A stretch of DNA of 64,000 nt from contig OZ059899.1 in assembly GCA_964057225.1 (NCBI GenBank), positions 19,778,001 through 19,842,000 on the forward strand, read 5' to 3'. This DNA comes from Auanema rhodensis. Its lineage: Eukaryota > Animalia > Nematoda. The translations under genes were made by a program, and so were the position numbers. Shown piece after piece: positions 1 through 11,500 of this stretch. The notes below the pieces were generated by a model. That model was not told the origin of the DNA and ran no database searches. It was given only the letters and a program-made list of their open reading frames with translations. The stretch's first letter is position 1. Every line of letters begins with the position of its first letter.

Positions 1-36
1 CAACGAAAAAATTAATTCTGCAGGGTGAAAATCGAG

Positions 37-58
37 GATATAAGTGTGAACTTATATC
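37..58. other. Perfect inverted repeat GATATAAGT-gtga-ACTTATATC (9-bp stem, 4-nt loop), present in nearly every monomer
   Basis: 37-45 is the reverse complement of 50-58. It overlaps a second dyad, ATATCA-gt-TGATAT (54-67). Confidence 0.95.
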
Positions 59-71
59 AGTTGATATCTCG

Positions 72-141
72 GTGCATTTTTAAGCTAGCGCAAATCTGAT
101 AACACAGATCGACGCAGCTTAAAAATCCGCATCGAATGCAC
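72..141. other. Long imperfect inverted repeat in each monomer
   Basis: ATTTTTAAGCT (76-86) pairs with AGCTTAAAAAT (116-126), GCG (88-90) with CGC (113-115), and ATCTG (94-98) with CAGAT (105-109) around the loop ATAACA. An alternative outer pairing is GTGCATT (72-78) with AATGCAC (135-141). Confidence 0.9.
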
Positions 142-209
142 TATACTACATTGAGAAACGCTTAATACAAAAATTAGTTATGATCGTTTGAAAAAAGATG
201 CATTAGTGT

Positions 210-237
210 ATGTTGAGTTTCCATGTACACTCAACAT
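210..237. other. Inverted repeat ATGTTGAGT-(10 nt)-ACTCAACAT in each monomer
   Basis: 210-218 is the reverse complement of 229-237. Confidence 0.92.
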
Positions 238-244
238 TGCTTCC

Positions 245-310
245 AAAAACATTTTGACAAAAATTTTTCCGAAAAATTTCAAAATAATTTCGCAAAAAGT
301 AGATGTTTTT
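245..310. repeat. A/T-tract subrepeat region (about 11-bp (C/G)AAAAATTT-like units) bounded by the inverted pair AAAAACAT/ATGTTTTT
   Basis: A-tracts start at 245, 259, 272, 281 and 294. There is an internal dyad AAATTTTT-ccg-AAAAATTT (261-279). 245-252 is the reverse complement of 303-310. Confidence 0.85.
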
Positions 311-3300
311 AGATTCCTTTTTTCACGGCAAAGACGATGGACAAAGTTATTCAACGAAAAAATTAATTCTGCAGGGTGAAAATCGAGGATATAAGTGTGA
401 ACTTATATCAGTTGATATCTCGGTGCATTTTTAAGCTAGCGCAAATCTGATAACACAGATCGACGCAGCTTAAAAATCCGCATCGAATGCACTATACTAC
501 ATTGAGAAACGCTTAATACAAAAATTAGTTATGATCGTTTGAAAAATGATGCATTAGTGTATGTTGAGTTTCCATGTACACCCAACATAGCTTCCAAAAA
601 CATTTTGACAAAAATGTTTCCGAAAAATTTCGAAACAATTTCGCAAAAAGTAGATGTTTTTAGATTCCTTTTTTCACGGCAAAGACGATGGACAAAGTTA
701 TTCAACGAAAAAATTAATTCTGCAGGGTGAAAATCGAGGATATAAGTGTGAACTTATATCAGTTGATATCTCGGTGCATGTTTAAGCTAGCGCAAATCTG
801 ATAACACAGATCGACGCAGCTTAAAAATCCGCATCGAATGCACTATACTACATTGAGAAACGCTTAATACAAAAATTAGTTATGATCGTTTGAAAAAAGA
901 TGCATTAGTGTATGTTGAGTTTCCATGTACACTCAACATTGCTTCCAAAAACATTTTGACAAAAATTTTTCCGAAAAATTTCAAAATAATTTCGCAAAAA
1001 GTAGATGTTTTTAGATTCCTTTTTTCACGGCAAAGACGATGGACAAAGTTATTCAACGAAAAAATTAATTCTGCAGGGTGAAAATCGAGGATATAAGTGT
1101 GAACTTATATCAGTTGATATCTCGGTGCATTTTTAAGCTAGCGCAAATCTGATAACACAGATCGACGCAGCTTAAAAATCCGCATCGAATGCACTATACT
1201 ACATTGAGAAACGCTTAATACAAAAATTAGTTATGATCGTTTGAAAAATGATGCATTAGTGTATGTTGAGTTTCCATGTACACTCAACATTGCTTCCAAA
1301 AACATTTTGACAAAAATTTTTCCGAAAAATTTCAAAATAATTTCGCAAAAAGTAGAAGTTTTTAGATTCCTTCTTTCAAGGCAAAGACGATGGACAATGT
1401 TATTCAACGAAAAAATTAATTCTGCAGGGTGAAAATCGAGGATATAAGTGTGAACTTATATCAGTTGATATCTCGGTGCATGTTTAAGCTAGCGCAAATC
1501 TGATAACACAGATCGACGCAGCTTAAAAATCCGCATCAAATGCACTATACTACATTGAGAAACGCTTAATACAAAAATTAGTTATGATCGTTTGAAAAAA
1601 GATGCATTAGTGTATGTTGAGTTTCCATGTACACTCAACATTGCTTCCAAAAACATTTTGACAAAAATTTTTCCGAAAAATTTCAAAATAATTTCGCAAA
1701 AAGTAGATGTTTTTAGATTCCTTTTTTCACGGCAAAGACGATGGACAAAGTTATTCAACGAAAAAATTAATTCTGCAGGGTGAAAATCGAGGATATAAGT
1801 GTGAACTTATATCAGTTGATATCTCGGTGCATTTTTAAGCTAGCGCAAATCTGATAACACAGATCGACGCAGCTTAAAAATCCGCATCGAATGCACTATA
1901 CTACATTGAGAAACGCTTAATACAAAAATTAGTTATGATCGTTTGAAAAATGATGCATTAGTGTATGTTGAGTTTCCATGTACACCCAACATAGCTTCCA
2001 AAAACATTTTGACAAAAATGTTTCCGAAAAATTTCGAAACAATTTCGCAAAAAGTAGATGTTTTTAGATTCCTTTTTTCACGGCAAAGACGATGGACAAA
2101 GTTATTCAACGAAAAAATTAATTCTGCAGGGTGAAAATCGAGGATATAAGTGTGAACTTATATCAGTTGATATCTCGGTGCATGTTTAAGCTAGCGCAAA
2201 TCTGATAACACAGATCGACGCAGCTTAAAAATCCGCATCGAATGCACTATACTACATTGAGAAACGCTTAATACAAAAATTAGTTATGATCGTTTGAAAA
2301 AAGATGCATTAGTGTATGTTGAGTTTCCATGTACACTCAACATTGCTTCCAAAAACATTTTGACAAAAATTTTTCCGAAAAATTTCAAAATAATTTCGCA
2401 AAAAGTAGATGTTTTTAGATTCCTTTTTTCACGGCAAAGACGATGGACAAAGTTATTCAACGAAAAAATTAATTCTGCAGGGTGAAAATCGAGGATATAA
2501 GTGTGAACTTATATCAGTTGATATCTCGGTGCATTTTTAAGCTAGCGCAAATCTGATAACACAGATCGACGCAGCTTAAAAATCCGCATCGAATGCACTA
2601 TACTACATTGAGAAACGCTTAATACAAAAATTAGTTATGATCGTTTGAAAAATGATGCATTAGTGTATGTTGAGTTTCCATGTACACTCAACATTGCTTC
2701 CAAAAACATTTTGACAAAAATTTTTCCGAAAAATTTCAAAATAATTTCGCGAAAAGTAGATGTTTTTAGATTCCTTCTTTCAAGGCAAAGACGATGGACA
2801 ATGTTATTCAACGAAAAAATTAATTCTGCAGGGTGAAAATCGAGGATATAAGTGTGAACTTATATCAGTTGATATCTCGGTGCATTTTTAAGCTAGCGCA
2901 AATCTGATAACACAGATCGACGCAGCTTAAAAATCCGCATCGAATGCACTATACTACATTGAGAAACGCTTAATACAAAAATTAGTTATGATCGTTTGAA
3001 AAAAGATGCATTAGTGTATGTTGAGTTTCCATGTACACTCAACATTGCTTCCAAAAACATTTTGACAAAAATTTTTCCGAAAAATTTCAAAATAATTTCG
3101 CAAAAAGTAGATGTTTTTAGATTCCTTTTTTCACGGCAAAGACGATGGACAAAGTTATTCAACGAAAAAATTAATTCTGCAGGGTGAAAATCGAGGATAT
3201 AAGTGTGAACTTATATCAGTTGATATCTCGGTGCATTTTTAAGCTAGCGCAAATCTGATAACACAGATCGACGCAGCTTAAAAATCCGCATCGAATGCAC

Positions 3301-6300
3301 TATACTACATTGAGAAACGCTTAATACAAAAATTAGTTATGATCGTTTGAAAAATGATGCATTAGTGTATGTTGAGTTTCCATGTACACCCAACATAGCT
3401 TCCAAAAACATTTTGACAAAAATGTTTCCGAAAAATTTCGAAACAATTTCGCAAAAAGTAGATGTTTTTAGATTCCTTTTTTCACGGCAAAGACGATGGA
3501 CAAAGTTATTCAACGAAAAAATTAATTCTGCAGGGTGAAAATCGAGGATATAAGTGTGAACTTATATCAGTTGATATCTCGGTGCATGTTTAAGCTAGCG
3601 CAAATCTGATAACACAGATCGACGCAGCTTAAAAATCCGCATCGAATGCACTATACTACATTGAGAAACGCTTAATACAAAAATTAGTTATGATCGTTTG
3701 AAAAAAGATGCATTAGTGTATGTTGAGTTTCCATGTACACTCAACATTGCTTCCAAAAACATTTTGACAAAAATTTTTCCGAAAAATTTCAAAATAATTT
3801 CGCAAAAAGTAGATGTTTTTAGATTCCTTTTTTCACGGCAAAGACGATGGACAAAGTTATTCAACGAAAAAATTAATTCTGCAGGGTGAAAATCGAGGAT
3901 ATAAGTGTGAACTTATATCAGTTGATATCTCGGTGCATTTTTAAGCTAGCGCAAATCTGATAACACAGATCGACGCAGCTTAAAAATCCGCATCGAATGC
4001 ACTATACTACATTGAGAAACGCTTAATACAAAAATTAGTTATGATCGTTTGAAAAATGATGCATTAGTGTATGTTGAGTTTCCATGTACACTCAACATTG
4101 CTTCCAAAAACATTTTGACAAAAATTTTTCCGAAAAATTTCAAAATAATTTCGCAAAAAGTAGAAGTTTTTAGATTCCTTCTTTCAAGGCAAAGACGATG
4201 GACAATGTTATTCAACGAAAAAATTAATTCTGCAGGGTGAAAATCGAGGATATAAGTGTGAACTTATATCAGTTGATATCTCGGTGCATGTTTAAGCTAG
4301 CGCAAATCTGATAACACAGATCGACGCAGCTTAAAAATCCGCATCAAATGCACTATACTACATTGAGAAACGCTTAATACAAAAATTAGTTATGATCGTT
4401 TGAAAAAAGATGCATTAGTGTATGTTGAGTTTCCATGTACACTCAACATTGCTTCCAAAAACATTTTGACAAAAATTTTTCCGAAAAATTTCAAAATAAT
4501 TTCGCAAAAAGTAGATGTTTTTAGATTCCTTTTTTCACGGCAAAGACGATGGACAAAGTTATTCAACGAAAAAATTAATTCTGCAGGGTGAAAATCGAGG
4601 ATATAAGTGTGAACTTATATCAGTTGATATCTCGGTGCATTTTTAAGCTAGCGCAAATCTGATAACACAGATCGACGCAGCTTAAAAATCCGCATCGAAT
4701 GCACTATACTACATTGAGAAACGCTTAATACAAAAATTAGTTATGATCGTTTGAAAAATGATGCATTAGTGTATGTTGAGTTTCCATGTACACCCAACAT
4801 AGCTTCCAAAAACATTTTGACAAAAATGTTTCCGAAAAATTTCGAAACAATTTCGCAAAAAGTAGATGTTTTTAGATTCCTTTTTTCACGGCAAAGACGA
4901 TGGACAAAGTTATTCAACGAAAAAATTAATTCTGCAGGGTGAAAATCGAGGATATAAGTGTGAACTTATATCAGTTGATATCTCGGTGCATGTTTAAGCT
5001 AGCGCAAATCTGATAACACAGATCGACGCAGCTTAAAAATCCGCATCGAATGCACTATACTACATTGAGAAACGCTTAATACAAAAATTAGTTATGATCG
5101 TTTGAAAAAAGATGCATTAGTGTATGTTGAGTTTCCATGTACACTCAACATTGCTTCCAAAAACATTTTGACAAAAATTTTTCCGAAAAATTTCAAAATA
5201 ATTTCGCAAAAAGTAGATGTTTTTAGATTCCTTTTTTCACGGCAAAGACGATGGACAAAGTTATTCAACGAAAAAATTAATTCTGCAGGGTGAAAATCGA
5301 GGATATAAGTGTGAACTTATATCAGTTGATATCTCGGTGCATTTTTAAGCTAGCGCAAATCTGATAACACAGATCGACGCAGCTTAAAAATCCGCATCGA
5401 ATGCACTATACTACATTGAGAAACGCTTAATACAAAAATTAGTTATGATCGTTTGAAAAATGATGCATTAGTGTATGTTGAGTTTCCATGTACACTCAAC
5501 ATTGCTTCCAAAAACATTTTGACAAAAATTTTTCCGAAAAATTTCAAAATAATTTCGCAAAAAGTAGAAGTTTTTAGATTCCTTCTTTCAAGGCAAAGAC
5601 GATGGACAATGTTATTCAACGAAAAAATTAATTCTGCAGGGTGAAAATCGAGGATATAAGTGTGAACTTATATCAGTTGATATCTCGGTGCATGTTTAAG
5701 CTAGCGCAAATCTGATAACACAGATCGACGCAGCTTAAAAATCCGCATCAAATGCACTATACTACATTGAGAAACGCTTAATACAAAAATTAGTTATGAT
5801 CGTTTGAAAAAAGATGCATTAGTGTATGTTGAGTTTCCATGTACACTCAACATTGCTTCCAAAAACATTTTGACAAAAATTTTTCCGAAAAATTTCAAAA
5901 TAATTTCGCAAAAAGTAGATGTTTTTAGATTCCTTCTTTCAAGGCAAAGACGATGGACAATGTTATTCAACGAAAAATTTAATTCTGCAGGGTGAAAATC
6001 GAGGATATAAGTGTGAACTTATATCAGTTGATATCTCGGTGCATGTTTAAGCTAGCGCAAATCTGATAACACAGATCGACGCAGCTTAAAAATCCGCATC
6101 GAATGCACTATACTACATTGAGAAACGCTTAATACAAAAATTAGTTATGATCGTTTGAAAAAAGATGCATTAGTGTATGTTGAGTTTCCATGTACACTCA
6201 ACATTGCTTCCAAAAACATTTTGACAAAAATTTTTCCGAAAAATTTCGAAAAAATTTCGCGAAAAGTAGATGTTTTTAGATTCCTTTTTTCACGGCAAAG

Positions 6301-8599
6301 ACGATGGACAAAGTTATTCAACGAAAAAATTAATTCTGCAGGGTGAAAATCGAGGATATAAGTGTGAACTTATATCAGTTGATATCTCGGTGCATTTTTA
6401 AGCTAGCGCAAATCTGATAACACAGATCGACGCAGCTTAAAAATCCGCATCGAATGCACTATACTACATTGAGAAACGCTTAATACAAAAATTAGTTATG
6501 ATCGTTTGAAAAATGATGCATTAGTGTATGTTGAGTTTCCATGTACACCCAACATAGCTTCCAAAAACATTTTGACAAAAATGTTTCCGAAAAATTTCGA
6601 AACAATTTCGCAAAAAGTAGATGTTTTTAGATTCCTTTTTTCACGGCAAAGACGATGGACAAAGTTATTCAACGAAAAAATTAATTCTGCAGGGTGAAAA
6701 TCGAGGATATAAGTGTGAACTTATATCAGTTGATATCTCGGTGCATGTTTAAGCTAGCGCAAATCTGATAACACAGATCGACGCAGCTTAAAAATCCGCA
6801 TCGAATGCACTATACTACATTGAGAAACGCTTAATACAAAAATTAGTTATGATCGTTTGAAAAAAGATGCATTAGTGTATGTTGAGTTTCCATGTACACT
6901 CAACATTGCTTCCAAAAACATTTTGACAAAAATTTTTCCGAAAAATTTCAAAATAATTTCGCAAAAAGTAGATGTTTTTAGATTCCTTTTTTCACGGCAA
7001 AGACGATGGACAAAGTTATTCAACGAAAAAATTAATTCTGCAGGGTGAAAATCGAGGATATAAGTGTGAACTTATATCAGTTGATATCTCGGTGCATTTT
7101 TAAGCTAGCGCAAATCTGATAACACAGATCGACGCAGCTTAAAAATCCGCATCGAATGCACTATACTACATTGAGAAACGCTTAATACAAAAATTAGTTA
7201 TGATCGTTTGAAAAATGATGCATTAGTGTATGTTGAGTTTCCATGTACACTCAACATTGCTTCCAAAAACATTTTGACAAAAATTTTTCCGAAAAATTTC
7301 AAAATAATTTCGCAAAAAGTAGAAGTTTTTAGATTCCTTCTTTCAAGGCAAAGACGATGGACAATGTTATTCAACGAAAAAATTAATTCTGCAGGGTGAA
7401 AATCGAGGATATAAGTGTGAACTTATATCAGTTGATATCTCGGTGCATGTTTAAGCTAGCGCAAATCTGATAACACAGATCGACGCAGCTTAAAAATCCG
7501 CATCAAATGCACTATACTACATTGAGAAACGCTTAATACAAAAATTAGTTATGATCGTTTGAAAAAAGATGCATTAGTGTATGTTGAGTTTCCATGTACA
7601 CTCAACATTGCTTCCAAAAACATTTTGACAAAAATTTTTCCGAAAAATTTCAAAATAATTTCGCAAAAAGTAGATGTTTTTAGATTCCTTTTTTCACGGC
7701 AAAGACGATGGACAAAGTTATTCAACGAAAAAATTAATTCTGCAGGGTGAAAATCGAGGATATAAGTGTGAACTTATATCAGTTGATATCTCGGTGCATT
7801 TTTAAGCTAGCGCAAATCTGATAACACAGATCGACGCAGCTTAAAAATCCGCATCGAATGCACTATACTACATTGAGAAACGCTTAATACAAAAATTAGT
7901 TATGATCGTTTGAAAAATGATGCATTAGTGTATGTTGAGTTTCCATGTACACCCAACATAGCTTCCAAAAACATTTTGACAAAAATGTTTCCGAAAAATT
8001 TCGAAACAATTTCGCAAAAAGTAGATGTTTTTAGATTCCTTTTTTCACGGCAAAGACGATGGACAAAGTTATTCAACGAAAAAATTAATTCTGCAGGGTG
8101 AAAATCGAGGATATAAGTGTGAACTTATATCAGTTGATATCTCGGTGCATGTTTAAGCTAGCGCAAATCTGATAACACAGATCGACGCAGCTTAAAAATC
8201 CGCATCGAATGCACTATACTACATTGAGAAACGCTTAATACAAAAATTAGTTATGATCGTTTGAAAAAAGATGCATTAGTGTATGTTGAGTTTCCATGTA
8301 CACTCAACATTGCTTCCAAAAACATTTTGACAAAAATTTTTCCGAAAAATTTCAAAATAATTTCGCAAAAAGTAGATGTTTTTAGATTCCTTTTTTCACG
8401 GCAAAGACGATGGACAAAGTTATTCAACGAAAAAATTAATTCTGCAGGGTGAAAATCGAGGATATAAGTGTGAACTTATATCAGTTGATATCTCGGTGCA
8501 TTTTTAAGCTAGCGCAAATCTGATAACACAGATCGACGCAGCTTAAAAATCCGCATCGAATGCACTATACTACATTGAGAAACGCTTAATACAAAAATT

Positions 8600-11500
8600 A
8601 GTTATGATCGTTTGAAAAATGATGCATTAGTGTATGTTGAGTTTCCATGTACACTCAACATTGCTTCCAAAAACATTTTGACAAAAATTTTTCCGAAAAA
8701 TTTCAAAATAATTTCGCAAAAAGTAGAAGTTTTTAGATTCCTTCTTTCAAGGCAAAGACGATGGACAATGTTATTCAACGAAAAAATTAATTCTGCAGGG
8801 TGAAAATCGAGGATATAAGTGTGAACTTATATCAGTTGATATCTCGGTGCATGTTTAAGCTAGCGCAAATCTGATAACACAGATCGACGCAGCTTAAAAA
8901 TCCGCATCAAATGCACTATACTACATTGAGAAACGCTTAATACAAAAATTAGTTATGATCGTTTGAAAAAAGATGCATTAGTGTATGTTGAGTTTCCATG
9001 TACACTCAACATTGCTTCCAAAAACATTTTGACAAAAATTTTTCCGAAAAATTTCAAAATAATTTCGCAAAAAGTAGATGTTTTTAGATTCCTTCTTTCA
9101 AGGCAAAGACGATGGACAATGTTATTCAACGAAAAAATTAATTCTGCAGGGTGAAAATCGAGGATATAAGTGTGAACTTATATCAGTTGATATCTCGGTG
9201 CATGTTTAAGCTAGCGCAAATCTGATAACACAGATCGACGCAGCTTAAAAATCCGCATCGAATGCACTATACTACATTGAGAAACGCTTAATACAAAAAT
9301 TAGTTATGATCGTTTGAAAAAAGATGCATTAGTGTATGTTGAGTTTCCATGTACACTCAACATTGCTTCCAAAAACATTTTGACAAAAATTTTTCCGAAA
9401 AATTTCGAAAAAATTTCGCGAAAAGTAGATGTTTTTAGATTCCTTTTTTCAAGGCAAAGACGATGGACAATGTTATTCAACGAAAAAATTAATTCTCCAG
9501 GGTGAAAATCGAGGATATAAGTGTGAACTTATATCAGTTGATATCTCGGTGCATTTTTAAGCTAGCGCAAATCTGATAACACAGATCGACGCAGCCTAAA
9601 AATCCGCATCGAATGCACTATACTACATTGAGAAACGCTTAATACAAAAATTAGTTATGATCGTTTGAAAAATGATGCATTAGTGTATGTTGAGTTTCCA
9701 TGTACACTCAACATAGCTTCCAAAAACATTTTGACAAAAATTTTTCCGAAAAATTTCGAAAAAATTTCGCGAAAAGTAGATGTTTTTAGATTCCTTTTTT
9801 CAAGGCAAAGACGATGGACAATGTTATTCAACGAAAAAATTAATTCTCCAGGGTGAAAATCGAGGATATAAGTGTGAACTTATATCAGTTGATATCTCGG
9901 TGCAATTTTAAGCTAGCGCAAATCTGATAATACAGATCGACGCAGCTTAAAAATCCGCATCGAATGCACTATACTGCATTGAGAAACGCTTAATACAAAA
10001 GTTAGTTATGATCGTTTGAAAAATGATGCATTAGTGTATGTTGAGTTTCCATGTACACTCAACATTGCTTCCAAAAACATTTTGACAAAAATTTTTCCGA
10101 AAAATTTCGAAATAAATTCGCAAAAAGTAGATGTTTTTAGATTCCTTTTTTCAAGGCAAAGACGATGGACAATGTTATTCAACGAAAAAATTAATTCTGC
10201 AGGGTGAAAATCGAGGATATAAGTGTGAACTTATATTAGTTGATATCTCGGTGCATTTTTAAGCTAGCGCAAATCTGATAACACAGATCGACGCAGCTTA
10301 AAAATCCGCATCGAATGCACTATACTGCATTGAGAAACGCTTAATACAAAAGTTAGTTATGATCGTTTGAAAAATGATGCATTAGTGTATGTTGAGTTTC
10401 CATGTACACTCAACATTGCTTCCAAAAACATTTTGACAAAAATTTTTCCGAAAAATTTTAAAATAATTTCGCAAAGAGTAGGTGTTTTTAGATTCCTTTT
10501 TTCAAGGCAAAGACGATGGACAATGTTATTCAACGAAAAAATTAATTCTGCAGGGTGAAAATCGAGGATATAAGTGTGAACTTATATCAGTTGATATCTC
10601 GGTGCATTTTTAAGCTAGCGCAAATCTGATAACACAGATCGATGCCGCTTAAAAATCCGCATCGAATGCACTATACTACATTGAAAAACGCTTGATACAA
10701 AAATTAGTTATGATCGTTTGAAAAAAGATGCATTAGTGTATGTTGAGTTTCCATGTACACTCAACATTGCTTCCAAAAACATTTTTACAAAAATTTTTCC
10801 GAAAAATTTCGAAATAATTTCGCAAAAAGTAGATGTTTTTAGATTTCTTTTTTCAAGGCAAAGACGATGGACATTGTTATTCAACGAAAAAATTGATTCT
10901 GCAGGGTGAAAATCGAGGATATAAGTGTGAACTTATATCAGTTGATATCTCGGTGCATTTTTAAGCTAACTCAAATCTGATAACACAGATCGACGCAGCT
11001 TAAAAATCCGCATCGAATGCACTATACTGCATTGAGAAACGCTTAATACAAAAGTTAGTTATGATCGTTTGAAAAATGATGCATTAGTGTATGTTGAGTT
11101 TCCATGTACACTCAACATTGCTTCCAAAAACATTTTGACAAAAATTTTTCCGAAAAATTTTAAAATAATTTCGCAAAGAGTAGGTGTTTTTAGATTCCTT
11201 TTTTCAAGGCAAAGACGATGGACAAAGTTATTCAACGAAAAAATTAATTCTGCAGGGTGAAAATCGAGGATATAAGTGTGAACTTATATCAGTTGATATC
11301 TCGGTGCATTTTCAAGCTAGCGCAAATCTGATAACACAGATCGACGCAGCTTAAAAATCCGCATCGAATGCACTATACTACATTGAGAAACGCTTAATAC
11401 AAAAGTTAGTTATGATCGTTTGAAAAATGATGCATTAGTGTATGTTGAGTTTCCATGTACACTCAACATTGCTTCCAAAAACATTTTGACAAAAATTTTT

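Larger units (their letters stand above)
1..351 (+). repeat. Reference monomer (arbitrary phase), with single PstI (18-23), EcoRV (63-68), NheI (84-89), NsiI (198-203) and BsrGI (224-229) sites
   Basis: Position 352 restarts CAACGAAAAAATTAATTCTGCAGGG. Hand count: 56 C and 58 G in 351 nt, 14 CpG. Confidence 0.97.
1..8960. repeat. 4-monomer higher-order repeat (1404 bp, A-B-A-C), about 6 copies with one 5-monomer interruption
   Basis: The diagnostic monomer B (CACCCAACATAG, AAAATGTTT, GAAACAATT) has ORF starts at 539, 1943, 3347, 4751, 6506 and 7910. C (GTAGAAG) is at 1241, 4049, 5453, 7208 and 8612. Confidence 0.92.

Noticed and set aside
37-58. Bacterial operator or intrinsic terminator
   Set aside because: The stem is AT-rich without a following U-tract, and there is no gene context.
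96-189. Hammerhead ribozyme as in newt, cricket or schistosome satellites (CTGATAA ... GAAACG ... CGTT)
   Set aside because: The core is CTGATAA rather than CTGANGA (G8 missing), there is no convincing stem II abutting GAAA, and stem I cannot form. The minus strand gives only CTGATAT. An Infernal/Rfam scan would confirm.
1-351. Assignment to a known ~350-360 bp satellite (e.g. Drosophila 1.688 or tenebrionid beetle satellites)
   Set aside because: Only length and AT content are similar. I do not recognise sequence homology and cannot run a search.
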